Shown in pieces: positions 35,050 to 50,100 of a stretch of DNA of 64,000 nt (within the stretch, counting starts at the first letter, position 1; each line of letters begins with the position of its first letter). Under the pieces are notes generated by a model. That model was not told the origin of the DNA. It did not search any database and saw only the letters and a program-made list of their open reading frames with translations. Position numbers and translations under genes: made by a program. This DNA is from Chiloscyllium plagiosum. Its lineage: Eukaryota. The stretch lies in NCBI RefSeq assembly GCF_004010195.1, contig NC_057718.1, positions 3,570,203 to 3,634,202 on the forward strand. Reading direction: 5' to 3'.

Positions 35050-38000
35050 TAGCAGATCAGTGTCGACCATGATGCCAGTCTAAAGAATCCTATCTGCATA
35101 CACATGGCCCATATCCCTCTATTCCCTCCCTGTAAAAGTGTCAGTCTAAATGCCTCTAAAACGTTCCTGTTTCTACCATCTCCCCTGGCAGTGCAATACA
35201 GGCACTGACCATTCTCTGTGTAAAAACCTTTCCTCACACATTATTAATAAATATTCTCCCTCTGCTAAATTTATTCCCCCTCACCCCCTGCTGCCAGTAT
35301 TTGACATTTGCATCCTAGCAAAAATACTCTGACTATCCACCTTATCCATGACTCTCAAAATTTTATAAATTTATATCAGGTCATCCCCCAGCCTCTGATG
35401 CTTTTCCGAAAACAATCCAAGTTTGTCCACCCTGTCCTTATAGACTAATACGCTCCAATCCAGGCAACATCCTGGTAATCCTCTTTTGCACCCTCTCCAA
35501 AGCATCCATATCCTTGCAGCACTGTGCTGACCAGAACTGCACACAATACTCCAAATGTGGCTGAACTAAAATGCAATACAGCTGCAACATGACGTGCCAA
35601 TTTTTATACTCAACACCCCAACCAAAGAAAACAGGCTGTATGCTTTCTTTCCCACTTTATTCACATGTAATGCCACTTTCCAGGAGCTATGGACTTACAT
35701 ATCTAATCCCTTTGTTTTTCAATTCTCATAAGGTTCCTGCCATTTACTGTCTGCTTTCCTCTGACAAGTGACTTCCCAAAATGCATCACATTTGTCCAAA
35801 TGAAACTCCATCTCCCATTTCTTGACCCAAATTTCCAACTGAACAAAATCCCATTGTATCTTTTGACAACCTTACTGACTATCCAAAACTCCTCCAATTT
35901 TTGTGATATTTCAAACTTATTGAAACACAAAATTATAGTAAATAGAGCAGGAGTAGGCCATTTGGCCCTTTGAGCCTGCATGACCATTCAATAGAATCAT
36001 GGCTGATCATGTAATTTCTGTATCCCATTGCTGCCCTCTCTCCACACCGTTTGATCCACAAAGGGTCATGTCCAGCTTCCTCTTGAATATATCAAATGAA
36101 CTTGCCCCAACAGCTTCCTGTGGGAGAGAATTCCAGAGGTTCTCAACTCTGAATGAAGAAATTCTTCCTCATCTCAGTGTTGAGTGGTTTACTCCTTATT
36201 CTTAGATCATGACCCCTAGATCTGGACTTCCCCAACATTGGGAACATTCTTCCTGCATCTCGCCTGTCCAGTCACATCAGGATTTTTTATGTTTCTATGA
36301 AATCCTCCCTCATTCATCCAAGTTCCAGTGAGTACAAGCCCAGTTGATCCAATCTTTCCTCATATGTCAGCCCTGCCATCCCACGAATCAGTCTGGTGAA
36401 CCTTGACTGCATTCCTTCAAAAATGTTCTTCCTCAGATGAGGAGAACAAAACTGCACACAATACTCAAGGTGTAGCCTTACCAAGACCCTGTATAACTGC
36501 AGCAAGACATCCTTACTCCGATACTCAAATCCTCTCACTATGAAGGTCAGCATGCCATTAGCTTTCCTCACTGCCTGCTGCACCTGCATGCCAACCTTCA
36601 GCGACTATTCCACCATGACACCTAAGTTTCATTGCACCTCACCTCTTCATAAACAGCCACCATTCAGATCACAAAGTGCTATCCTGTTTTTTTGTGGCCA
36701 ATGTGGATAACCTCACATTTATCCAGATTATATTGCATTTGCCAAGCATTTGCCCACTCAGCCAGTCTGTCCAAATCACCCTGCAGCCTCTTTGCATCCT
36801 CCTCACAGCACATATTGCCACCCAACTTAGTATCATCTGCAAATGTGGTGACATGGCATTCACTTAATTCGTTCAAATTGTTGATGTATATTGTGAACAG
36901 CTGGGGTCCCAGCACTGCACCCTGTGATACCAAACCCGTCACTGCCTGCCACTCTGAAAAGGACCTGTTTATTCCAACTCTCTGCTTCCTGTCTGCCAAT
37001 CAGTTCTCTATCCACGTCAATACATTACCTCTCATACCATGAGCTTTGATTTACATTACTAATCTCCTGTGTGGGACTTTGTCAAAGTCTTTGGAAAGTC
37101 CAAATACACAACATCTACTAATTCACCCTTGTCCACTCTACTGGTCACATCCTCAAAAGATGTGACCAGTAGATTTGTCAAGTATGATTTCCCTTTAATG
37201 AATCCATGCTGACAAGGACCAATTCTATCAGCACTTTCCAAATGCTCAGTTATTACATCTTTAATGTTTGACTCCAGCATTTTCCCCACCACTGATGTCA
37301 AGCTAACCTGCCTATACTTATAGATTCCCTACTGTATGGAAATAGGCCCTTTGTACCAACAAGGTTATATTTCCCCATTTATTCTCTCCTTTGTTTTTTT
37401 AAAGAATGGGGTTACATTAGCTGAGTCCAATTTATTGGAATACTTTCAGAGTCTACAGAATGCTGGAAAATGATCACCGATGCATCCATTATTTCTAGAG
37501 CCACTTCCTTAAGTACTTTAGGATGCAAAGCATCAGCCCTTTGGGACTTATCAGGTTTTAATTCCATCAGTTTCCCCAATACCATTTCCTGACCAATAAG
37601 GATTTCCTTCAATACCTCCTTCATGCTTGACCCTCTGTCGCCTAGCATTTTCTGAAGGAAGATCCAAAGTATTTGTTCAACTGACAAAAGAAATGAATTG
37701 TGGCTGCTGCAAATCAGAATCAAAAACAGAAGTGGCTGGAAAAGTTCTGAAGGTCTGGCAGCATCAGTGCAGAGAAATCAGAGTTGACGTTTTGGGTCCA
37801 TTAACACTTCTTTAGAACTGTTATGTGGAAGGGTCACCAGACCTGAAACATTAACTGATTTCTCTGCTCAGATGCTACCAAACCTGCAGAGCTTTTCCAA
37901 CAACTTGCATTGTTCAAGTCGTCCACCATTTCTTTGTGAACTCACCTGATTCTAACTGTATCTACATTTGTCTTCACCAATCATTTGTTGATTCCATATC

Positions 38001-38585
38001 ACTCAAAGGTTTTACCGTCAGTTTTTATGTTTTCCACAAGCATAATTTCATGTTCTATTTTTCCTTTCCAAATTAAAGCCTTTGTCCTTCTCTGCTGAAT
38101 TTTAAATTTCTCCCAGTCCTCAGGTTTGCTGCTTTTTGCTGGTGAAGTTATGCAACTCATCTTTGGTTTTGTCACTGTTCTTGATTTCCCTTGGTAGCCA
38201 CGGTTAAGCCACCTTCCTTGCTTTACTGTTTTGCCAAACAGGGATATAGAATTGTTGAGGTTCATCCATGTGTTCTTTAAATGTCTGCCATTATCTATCC
38301 ACCATTAATCCCATAAGTATCCTTGGACAGATTATCCTATACAATACATGCTTCATACCATCAACATTAACTTTATTATTTTCAAGACCCTACTTTAGAT
38401 TTAATTGTGTCACTCTCCATTTTAATGAAGAATGCTACCATATTATGGTCACTCTTCCCATAGGATCTCACACCACAATGTTGCTAATTAATCTTCTCTC
38501 ATTACACAATGGCCAGTCTAGGGTGGCCTGTTGTCCAGTTGGTTTCTTGACATATTGCCAAGGAAATCATCCCACAAACATTCCA
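35050..38585 (-). mobile_element. Nested decayed CR1-type LINE fragments
   Basis: ORFs 36314-36589, 36679-36999 (QGAVLGP..FADDTK), 37059-37301 and 37412-37723. Confidence 0.85.
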
Positions 38586-40420
38586 TTGGGTGGCAACTTC
38601 GAAGGATCTATGTACTTGCACACACAGATCCCTCTGTTCCTCCACACTGCCAAGAATCCTGTCTTTAATCTTATATTCAGCATTTGCGTTTGACCTTCCA
38701 AAATGCATCATTTTGCATTTATCCAGGTTGAACTCCATCTGCCATTTCTCAGCCCAGCTCTGCATCCTGTCTATGTCACACTGCAGCCTGCAATGGCCCT
38801 CAATACTATCGACAGCACCTCCAACCTTTGTGTCATCTGCAAATTTACTAACCCACTCCTCAACCTCCTCATCCAAGTCATTTATAAAAACTACAAAGAG
38901 CAGAGGCCCAAGAACACAGCCCTGCAGGATCCCACTCAACACTGACCTCCAGGCAGAATACTTTCCATCTACAACCACTCTCTGCCTTCTGTCAGGCAGC
39001 CAATTCTGAATCCAGATAGCCAAATCTCCCTGAATCCCATACCTCCTGGCTTTATGAATGAGCCTACCATGGGGAACCTTATCAAATGCCTTGCTGAAGT
39101 CCATATACACCACATCCACTGCTTGACCTTCATTGAGCTGTGTTGTCACCTTCTCAAAGAACTCAATCAGATTTGTGAGACATGACTTGCACCTCACAAA
39201 GCTATGCTGACTGCCTTTAATCACACTATGCTTTGCCAAATAGTTATAAATCCTATTCCTCAGAATTCCTTACAACACTTTGCTGACCACAAACGTAAGA
39301 CTGACTGGCCAGTAATTGCCAGGGATTTCCCTATTACCCTTCTTGAAAAAGGGAACAATATTTGCCTCCTTCCAATCCTCCGTGGAGAGTGAGGAGGCAA
39401 AGATCCTCACCAGTGGCTTAGCAACCTCCTTTCTCGCTTCCCAAGCAGCCTAGGATAAATCTGGTCTGGCCCGGCCCTGGGGAATTATCAATCTTAATGT
39501 TTGCCAAAATCTCCAGCACATCAACTTCATCAATCTTGATCTTGTCATGCCTGCAACCCAGCTCCTCATTCACAACAAGGTCCCTTTCTGTCGTAAAAAC
39601 CAAAGCAAAAACTCATTTAGGGCTTCCCCTATCTGCTCAGACTCCACGCACAAGTTCCCTCCGCTATCCCTGATTGGCCATACCTTCTCCCTGATCATTC
39701 TCTTCTTTCTCATGTCTGAGAAAAATGCCTTTGGGTTCTCCCTAAGCTTTCCTGCCAAGCCTTTTTTGTGCTGAAAATGTGTTGCTGGAAAAGCGCAGCA
39801 GGTCAGGCAGCATCCAAGGAGCAGGAGAATCGACATTTCGGGCATGAGCCCTTCTTCAGGAAGGGCCCTTCTTCGGGCTCAGGCCCGAAACGTCGATTCT
39901 CCTGCTCCTTGGATGCTGCCTGACCTGCTGCGCTTTTCCAGCAACACATTTTCAGCTCTGATCTCCAGCATCTGCAGTCCTCACTTTCTCCTCGAAGCCT
40001 TTTTTATGCCCCCTCCTGGCTCTCCTCAGTCTAGTTCTGAGCTCCTTTCTAGCCAGCCTGTAATCCTCTAAAGCTGTGTTAGATCCTTGCTACCTCCACC
40101 TTACATAAGCTGCCTTCTTCCTTTTGATGAGAAGCTCCTCTGTTCTCATCATCCAAGGTTCCTTAATCTTACCCCTTCTTACCTGTCTCAGAGGAACAAA
40201 TTTGTGCATCACTCGCAACAACCGCACCTTAAACACATCTGCCCTTTCTGTGGAACAATTGCTCCCAGTCTGTACTTCCCAACTCCTGTCTGATAGCATC
40301 ATAATTTCCTTTTCCCCAATTAATTATCTTCCCTCGGTAACTGCTCCTTTCCCTCTCCAAGGCTATGCTAAATGTGAGGCAGTTGTGGTCACTGTCACCA
40401 AAGTGTTCTCTCATCGTGTG
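38586..40420 (-). mobile_element. CR1 LINE RT/linker segment, with a Penelope-derived fold-back insert at ~39772-39994
   Basis: ORF 38502-39239 (YMDFSKAFDKVPH..KFADDTK); closely similar to 42578-43670. Confidence 0.9.
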
Positions 40421-40624
40421 GATAGATGGTGGATAGACTTCAGGCTATCAGGAAATGAGTTACTCGCTGCAGTATCCCTCGTCTTGTAGTCACTGTGTTT
40501 ATGTGGTGCGTCTAATTTAGTTTCTAGTCAATTGTAACTCCAAGGATTTTGACAGTGGGGGATTCAGTGATGGTAACACCATTGAATGTCAAGGGGTGGT
40601 AGTTAGAGATCTCTTCTTGGTGAT

Positions 40625-41365
40625 TGGCACGTGGTAATTGTAGCAATCCTGAGATTACTACCTTTGCGATCCTACTTTTTAATTTAACTCCAAACTCTCT
40701 ATCAGATTGTGGGACCTCATCCTGTCCTGTTTTTCACTGAGATCATTGGTGCCTATATGCCCTCCAATGGCTGGCTGTTCATCCACCCCTTGTTGAATAT
40801 TCTGCAGCAGTTCCAAGACATCCTTGACCCTTGGAACAGGGAAACAACATACCATCCCAGACTCTCATTTACAACTGCAGAAACACCTTTCTAATCCTCT
40901 TACAATTGAATCCCCAATCACTACAGCCCTGACACTCTTATTCCTGCCCTCCTGTGCAGCAGAGCCAACCACTGTGCCATGAATCCAGCTGCTACCAACT
41001 TCCCCTGGTGAGCCACCTCCCCCAACAGTATCCAAAATAGTTATACCTGTTATGGAGGGTATTGATGACAGGACACAACTGCACTGTCATCGAACTCTTC
41101 CTCTGTCTAATGGTCACCCAGTCCCTATCTTTCTCAGTAATTTTTATCTGCAGTGTGACCAACTTACTGAACCTGCTATCCACGACTCAGTCAGCATCAC
41201 AGATGCTTCACAGTGAATCCAGTCGGAGCTCCAGAGCTGTCAAGCGGTCAGGCAGGAGTTGCAGTTGGGCTCACTTTCTGCTCGTGAAGGAGTCAGGGAC
41301 ATCAGAATGGTCTCTGAGTTTCTGCACAGGAGGAGCATGACACGGGTCTTGGATCTCCTGCCATG
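40625..41365 (-). mobile_element. CR1 ORF1 remnant (Cys/Leu-zipper region plus SGNH esterase)
   Basis: Minus reading AVVIGDSIVRG..RCFC..MVCCFP..RVKDV..HIGTND, with upstream QLQLLPDRLTALELRLDSL. Confidence 0.75.
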
Positions 41366-41939
41366 ACTTAACGTTTCAGTCAACAACAGGAGCACAGTGA
41401 AGAGAAAATGAAAGAAGAAAAGCTATTCACCAGTCACTCACTTACCTGCTGCTTGTGACTTCACGGGTATATGTCCTTCTGCTTCTCCTTTACCCTCTGG
41501 TCTTGAGCAGCTGTAGGTGTTTGCTCCTCCTCCAACTGCCTTACCTCACCGCTGCTCGCCCTCCTCACTGAGGCCCAGTATTGATGTAAGCTTACACTTC
41601 AACTCCAGCAGCACTACACCCACAAAGCAGCCCTTCTTAAAATATTCAGTCTGCTAAAGTTGTCTTCCTTTTATTAACTAGGCGAAAGTGAGGACTGCAG
41701 ATGCTGGAGATTAGAGTGAAGATTAGTGAGTTGCTGGAAAAGCACAGCACGTCCGGCAGCACCTGAGGAGCCCCAGCCCGAAACATTGATTTTCCTGCTC
41801 CTCGGATGCTGCCTGACCTGCTGTGCTTTAGCAACAGCACACTAATCTTGACTTCCTTCTATTTACTCCTGGGCAATGACTACGATGACTCCTCCCAGAA
41901 TCCTTCTCAGCAACATCCTCTGATCAGACTGAACATATT

Positions 41940-44900
41940 TTCATAGAACATAGAACAGCACAAAACAGGCCCTTTGGCCCACGATGTTCTGCCGAGGTTT
42001 AATCCTAATGTAAAATATAATAACTTAACCTACACACCCCTCAACTCACTGCTCTCCATGTGCCTGTCCAGCAGTCGCTTAAATATCCCTAATGACTCTG
42101 CTTCCATCACCACCGCTGGAAATGCATTCCATGCATTCACTACTCTCTGCGTAAAGAACCTAACACTGACATCTCCTCTGAGCTTTCCCCTAATATCTTA
42201 TAACTATGAGTCTTTGAACCTGTCAATCCTGCCTGGGGGAAGAGTCTCTAGCTATTGACTCCATCTATTTCTCTCATTATTTTGTATACCACAATCAGGT
42301 CTCCTCTCTTCTTCCTTCTCTCCAGAGAGAAAAGTCCGAGCTTTTTCATTCTTTCTTCATAAGGCAAGTCCAGGCAGCATCCTGGTAAACCTTCTTTGTG
42401 CCTTCTCAAAGCTTCTGTATCTTTCCTTTAGTAGGGCAACAAGAACTGGACACAATATTCCAAGTGTGGTCTCACAAGGGACTTGTAGAGCTGGAGCTAA
42501 ACCTCATGGCTCTCAAACAAGATCCCCCGTTAATGAAAGCCAAAACACCATATAATTTCTTAATAACCAGATCCACTTGGGTAGCAACATTGAGGGATCT
42601 ATGTACCTGCACACCCAGATCCCTCTGTTCCTCTACACTACCTAGAATTCTGTCTTTAATCCTATAGTCAGCATTCGAGTTTGACCTTCCAAATGCATCA
42701 CTTCGCATTTATCCAGGTTGAACTCCATCTGCCATTTCTCAGCCCAGCTCTGCATCCTGTCTATGTCATACTGCAGCCTGCAATAGCCCTCGATACTATC
42801 AACAACACCTCTAACCTTTGTGTCATCTGCAAATTTACTAACCCACCCCTCAACCTCATCATCCAAGTCATTTATAAAAACTACAAAGAGCAGAGGCCCA
42901 AGAACATAGCCCTGCAGGATCCCACTCAACACTGACCTCCAGGCAGAATACTTTCCATCTACAACCACTCTCTGCCTTCTGTCAGGCAGCCAATTCTGAA
43001 TCCAGATAGCCAAATCTCCCTGCATCCTATACTTCCTGACTTTATGAATAAGCCTACTATGAGGAACCTTATCAAATGCCTTGCTGACGTCCATATACAC
43101 CACATCCACTGCTCAACCTTCGTTGACCTGTCTTGTCACCTCCTCAAAGATCTCAGTATGAGTTGTAAGGCCTGACCTGCCCCTCACAAAGCCATGCTGA
43201 CTGCCAAATAGACATAGATCCTATCCCTCAGAATCTTTTCCAAAACTTTGCTGACCACAGACATAAGACTGACTGGTCTGTTAATGCCATGGATTTCCCT
43301 CTTACTCTTCTTGAAAAGTGGAACAACATTCGCCTCCTTCCAATCCTCCAGTACGACTCCTGTGGAGAGTGAGGAGGCAAATATCTTTGCTATCGGCTTG
43401 GCAACCTCCTTTCTTGCTTCCCAGAGCAGCCTAGGATAAATCTGGTCTGGCCCTGGGGCCTTATCAATCTTAATGTTTTCCAAAATTTCCAGCACATCAA
43501 CTTCATCAATCTTGATCTGGTCAAGCCTGTATCCCAGCTCCTCAAAGTTCTCATTCACAACAAGGTCCCTTTACTTCGTGAAAACCAAAGCAAAAACTCA
43601 TTTAGGGCTTCCCCTATCTGCTCAGACTCTACGCACAAGTTCTCTCCGCTATCCCTGATCATTCTCTTATTAATCTCTTTCATCCAAATCATTTGCATAT
43701 ATGATAAGCAACAGAGGTCCCATCACTGATCCTTGCAGAATTCCACTGATCACACACCTCCAGATAGTAAAACACCCAGCCACAGTAGCCTCCTGTCTTC
43801 TGTGACCAAGCCAATTTTGTATCCAATGTACCAAGTCACCATGGATCCCATGTGATTTAATCTTCTGCACCTGCCTACCATGAGAGACCTTGTCAACTGC
43901 TTTAGTAATGTTCATGTGGACAACACCCACTGTCTGATCCTCATCAGTCATGTTTGTCACTTCTTCAAAAAACACTATCAAATATGTAGACATAACATCC
44001 TCCATACAAAGCCATGCTGACTATCCCTAATAAGTCCATACTTTTCCAAATAAGGAAACAAAACTATTAGATAATTCTCTAATTATTTCCCTACCATTGA
44101 TGTAAAGCTCACCAGCCTATAATTTCCTAGATTATCCCTGTTATCCTTCTTAAACAAACGAACAATATTGACTATTCTCCAGGCTTCTGGGACTTCACAT
44201 GTAGCGAACAAGGATACAAAGACCTCTTGCAGGCCCATAGCAATTTCCTCTCTTTCCTCCTATCGTATCCTGGGACACTCCCATCAGGCCCTGGGGTGTT
44301 TTCGAACAAACTATTTTTCAAACCACCCACCCAGCACCTCCTCCTTTTTGTCAACATGCCTGAGAATATTAAGGACCTCTCCCTGATTTTATCATCATCA
44401 TGTCCTTCTCCTTTCTGAATATTGATGCAAATTAAGGACCACACTCACTTCCCCTCGCTCCATGCATACATTACCTCCTTTGCCCTTGAGTGACCTTTCC
44501 CCTTCATTAGCTACCTTCTTGTTCCCAATTAATGTGTAAAGTACCTTGCGTTTCTCCTTAATCCAATGTGCCAAGGACATTTCATGATCACTCTGCCCTC
44601 CCCACCCCACCTTTATTCCACATTTTAGCTCTTTCTTGCTTCTTTTGTATTCCTTCAAGGGCGTTATATGATTTCAATTTCCTAAACCCTACAATTTCAA
44701 TCACTGGGCTAGGCTCATTCCCAAGTATAAAATCCAGAACTGCTTGGTTACTTGTTGGACCATCTAGATATTGTATCAAGAAAGCCTCCCTGTTTGCAAT
44801 GAATAAATTCAGCCCCATCGAAATCTCTGGCACCAAAGGAGTCCTCATCAATGCTGTAGACTTTAAAATCACCCACTGAATCAAACCTGCTGCTTTTTAA

Positions 44901-45500
44901 TTGAGAAATACAGCAACAGAGTCATACAGCACAGAAAGAGACACTTTGATTCAACGCATCTCTGCTGACCAGATATCCCAATCTAACATAGACCCATTTG
45001 CCAACATTTAGCCCATAACCATCTCAATGAATCCTATTCATACACTCATCCAGATTCCTTTTAAATGTTGTAATTGTACCCACTCCCACTATTTCCTCTG
45101 ACAGCTCATTCCATATGCATACAACTATCCGCTTGGAAAAGTTACCACTCAGGTCCTCATACCCCTGGGATCCATGCCCCTCATGATTTTATAAACCTCC
45201 ATACAATCACCCCTCAATCTCCAACTCTCTGAGGAAAAATGTCCCAGCCTATTCAGCCACTCCCTATAGCTCAAACCCTTCAGTACAACTTCTCAAGTTA
45301 AACAACATCTTTCATATGGAGAGGCAACAAGAAATTATAGCAATATTCTAAAGGTTGCCTCACCAATGTCTTGTAGTGCCATAACATGACATCCCAACTA
45401 CTGTACTCAATGTCAAGTGTACCAAATACTTGCTTCACCATCCTCTCTACATGTGAATTCACTTTCAAGAAACTATGAAGCTGCATCCCAAGCTCTTTTT
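41940..45500 (-). mobile_element. CR1 LINE (41940-43670) followed by older CR1 fragments
   Basis: ORFs 42642-43109, 43184-43558, 43670-44005 and 44588-44884; (tagaaca)n tail at ~41944. Confidence 0.88.
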
Positions 45501-47181
45501 AAAATGACAGCACACAGGGTGAAGTAACTCCACAAAGGCCGGTATCCCATCACCCAGATCGCCTTTATTAAATCATGCAGATTCTTAGACAGAGGTCCAG
45601 CTTCCCGCTCTCAGAGTGAGCAGAATCTCTAACACTCCTGTTTATATCTTTCAGCCAGGGCTCTCTGATTGGACCAGGTTAACAGCCCCAATCAGGGAAC
45701 TCATATTCTGAGATGTCCACCTGGCTGAACTTGTTACAATCACCACATGCTTTCCCTCTATGTCCGGGGATGTAGGCCTGTTCTTTCTCTTTCAACTGAA
45801 TGGCCTAATTCAAATCTGTTTTGTCATTTCCAGGAATCCTGCTGTTCATGTTGCTTGACCAAATTTTTTTTTTCAGAACACTTAGTTGTGTTAGATAGTT
45901 CTGCTGTTTTATCTCTCTTAAAGGCACAGTGCACCCACATCTTCATAACAACCCCCCCCCCCCACCCCGCCGAAGAAAAGCTGAACCATCATAATGAAAA
46001 GATGGCTTCACTTTTTTCTCTATTTTTTAAACACATTACCCTAACATGCAATTAACTTTAATTTAAGTTCTTATCTTCTTCCCATATACCTATTCATCTG
46101 AACTCTCTCAGTTAAATCCACAATAGCGCAGCTGCATTTACATTCTTTCAACCTGCAACATGTATGATTGTTAAACTACAGATCTGTAAATATGCTCTCA
46201 ACATGGTCTTCAGGATCTTATGCCACCTTTCTAAAGTTCCCTGAGATTCAGGTTGATAGGCATTGGATTTAAAGTGCTGTATACCGAAGCTATCCATAAA
46301 TTTCTTAAACGGCCAACAGTAAAATTTGACCCTTGTTCTGACTGAATCTCTCTGGGCAGACCATACCGTGTGAAGAAAACTAATAACTCTCCTACTACCC
46401 TTTTTGCTTTGATACTCCATAATGGTATTGCCTCCGGAAATCTGGTAGACACATCCAATATGATTTAAAAATGTGTTGCTGGAAAAGCGCAGTCGGTCAG
46501 GCAGCATCAAAGGAACAGGAGAATTGACATTTTGGGCATAAGCCCTTCTTCAGCCCTGATTCCTGAAGAAGGGCTTATGCCCAAAATGTTGATTCTCCTG
46601 TTCCTTTGATGTTGCCTGACCGACTGCGCTTTTCCAGCAACACATTTTTGAGCTCTGATCTCCAGCATCTGCAGTCCTCACTTTTTCCACATTCAATATG
46701 GTTAACAAGTACTGGTTCCCACTTTTAGTTCTGGGGAGGGAAACTACACAATCAATTTTAACCCACATGAAAGGTTCTTCAAATGTGGGAATTGGCAACA
46801 GAGTTGTGGTTTTATGACCGCCTGTGGCACATCTACCATTTGGCATCGATAACACGTACGGCAGAAGTTATCCATATCCCTGTGCATTCCACGCCAATAA
46901 AAATGTTTTTGTACTTTAGTCTGAGTCTTTTGAACCCAAGGTAACCTCCTACACGAGGTTCATAACAACTCCCGACTGTACGCTACTGGCAACACAATTT
47001 TGGTGCACGTTGGCCCATTTCTCCTCTGCATGAACCTGCCATGGTCTCCATTTCTGTTTTAGGATTTTATCTTTCAGACAATAACCCTTTGGAATATTCT
47101 CTGCCTCTTTATAGGTCTTTTATCATGTCATCTTGCCTTTGCAAGTCTCTTTGTCCTTCAAGACTAAACATTTCTGTCTGA

Positions 47182-50100
47182 TGTCACAAAACTAGTCCCT
47201 TTTTTCTAAAAGCTGTTCCTTTTCTCAAGGATATTCTGTCCTTGATTTCTTTCAGACGGATAATAAACTAGGCTGGGCACGATCAGTCTGGTTTATTCAC
47301 ACAGGCCAGGAATAGCGGGTAAGGAGGGTACCACATTAATGGACACAGGATCCTCTCAATCTGTAATGCAGAAGGATGAGGAGATATGCATTCCTGAGGG
47401 ACTATTGCCTGAAAAAGGTACTGGTTACAGGAATTCAAAGGGAGACAAGAAGTGCTCAATTAAAGTGAGCTTAGATTGTCCAGTGAAGAATGAAGAAGTC
47501 ATGGTAGGAGTACTGGACAAACTCTTAGCTCCAGGAATACAATTTGTCCTTGCAAATGATATAGCTGATTCACCAGTCAGCATGCTGTCTACTGTAGTTG
47601 AAAAGCCAGTGGAGACACAGGCAGCTGAAGACATGGAGAATGTTCATCCAGGAATTTTCTCTAATTGTGTGACCACAAGATCACAGAGACACAAGGTGAA
47701 GCAGGGGAGATCAAAAGGCACAGATAAGGAGGCTGACATAGTTTTATCAGAAACTTTCTTCAATCAGATAAGTGGAACAGAGAAGGAGCAATAGGTAAAT
47801 ATGCAAGTATTGTTATCTCTGTAAAACTGATTGAATTACAGCAGAAAGATGAAGAGTTGAAACAGTTATATTAAAAGGCATTTACACAGATGGAAAGTGA
47901 ATTCATTCCTGTGTGTTGTTACTTCACAAATGATGTCTTATTGAGGAAATGGAGAATGTCACACATTCAAGCAGGTGAGAAATGGGCAGAGATTCATCAA
48001 ATTGTTTTGCCAGTAGTGTATAGAAAGGAGGTGCTGCAAGTGACACATGAGCTACCACTTGGAGGTCATTTACAGGTGAGGTAAGCACAGGCTAAAATAC
48101 AAAGTATACTGACCTGGACTATACAAAGATGTAGTTGAATTTTGCCAGATGTGTCATACATGTCAGCTAATAGGAAAACCACAGGCAGTAATAAAATTTG
48201 CACCTTTAATACCCATTCCAGTATTTGATGAACCTTTCACAAGAGTCTTGAGTGATTGCATAGATCTCCTACTTCAACCGTAAAGTGAGAATAAGTATTT
48301 ATTAACAATAATGGATATGTCAACTGGATTCCCAGAGGCAATCCCAGTATGCAGCAACACAGCCAGAAGGGTTAGAGAAGAATTACTTATTTCTTTTTAC
48401 AGGATATGGACTACAAATAGAAATGCAGTCAGATTAACAGCCTGGATAACTTGGGAATAAAGCAATTCAAATCTACTGTGTACCATTGGGAATCACAGGG
48501 AGCACCAGAGAGATGGCATCAAATACTAAGGACCATGTTGAGGGCTTATGGTCAGGATTATCCATATGATTGCAATAAGGGAATTCCGTTTGTACTTTTT
48601 GCGATCAGAGGTGCACCAAATGAATCGACCAAATTCAGTCCATTTTAATTAATTTTTGGACATGAAGTACAAGGACTGTTAAAATTGATTAAGGAGAAAT
48701 TAATAAGTCAGAATTCAGAGACCACCCATTTGGACTACATGTCAAATTTTAGAGAACGATTAAATAGAGATGGAGAGTTGGCTGGACAGCATTTAAAAGT
48801 ATCACAGCATACAATGAAACAAGAAGAGGATAAGAAATCACAAATTCACAATTTTGCAATTGGGAATAAGGTATTGGTGTTACTTCTAATAGCAGGTGAG
48901 CCTTAAAAAGCAAGGTTTATAGGACTATATCAGATCGGGAGGAAATTGAGTGAGGTGAATGACTTGATAACAGCTCCAGTCAGGAAGAAATCTCAGAGTA
49001 TGTCACGCGAATATGCTCAAAAGGTATTTTGATAGGGAAGGAAAGCAAGAGGAGAAGGTGTTAATGATTACAGCACTGAAGGAAGAAGCAAGTTCAAAGT
49101 ATTCTGATTTGGGCATTCCTCAAATCAAATTGGACAATGAGAAATTGTCAAAATTGGGATAAAATTATTGAGTTATCTTACAAAAAGAAATCAAAAAGGC
49201 CTCAAAGAGTTATACCTATCACATAGGGAAATATGCGGAAATAAACTGGGAAGTACTAACCTAATTGTGCATGATGTAGAGATAGGAGATGCTGTCCCTT
49301 TTAAGCAACATCCTTATTGGCATAACCTTCGAAAGTTGGCGCAGGTTCAGAAGGAGATAGAGCGCATGCTCCAAGATGGCACAATTGAAGTGAGTTACAG
49401 TGACTGGAGCACTCCTAAACTCATGGTGCCAAAACCAGATACTACCAAATGGTTTTGTGTGGACTATCACAAAGTCAACATCGTTACAAAGACTGATGCA
49501 ATTCCAATTTCATGGTTGGAGGACTGTATCAAAAAAGTGGAACAAACAACTTACATTTCTCAGTTAGACTTGCTCAGAGGCTAATGGCAAGTACATCCAT
49601 CAGAGAGAGTAAAGGCCATTTTGATTTTCATAATACCAAATGAACTATATCAGTTGGCATGAAAAACGTTCCAGGCACAATTCAGAAACTGGCTATTAAG
49701 GTTATTGCTGGTGATTTTTAGACACTCATGGAAAGAACATTTTAGCATTTATCAGATTTGTTTGATCAACTTCGAAAGGCAGGCTTGGTGGTAAATCTAG
49801 CTAAAAGTGCATTTGATACTCAAATGAGAGACAGAGGCTTTTGGTGGTGGGTGTACCGTGGCCTGAATTTGCATGTAGTTGTGCACGTTTGCATGTTTAA
49901 AGTCAGCATAGTGTATATGAGTGTTTAGACTACTAACCAGGTTTTAAAGGGTTAAAAATGAAGCTATCTTGTGGTGTGGATGGTCCTTTTTTTTTAAGGA
50001 GGGAGAGGTCACAAAGGTAGTCCCTTTTTCTAAAAGCTGTTTCTTTTCTCAAGGATACTATGTCCTTGTTTTTTTTTCAGAGGGATAATAAACTAGGCCA

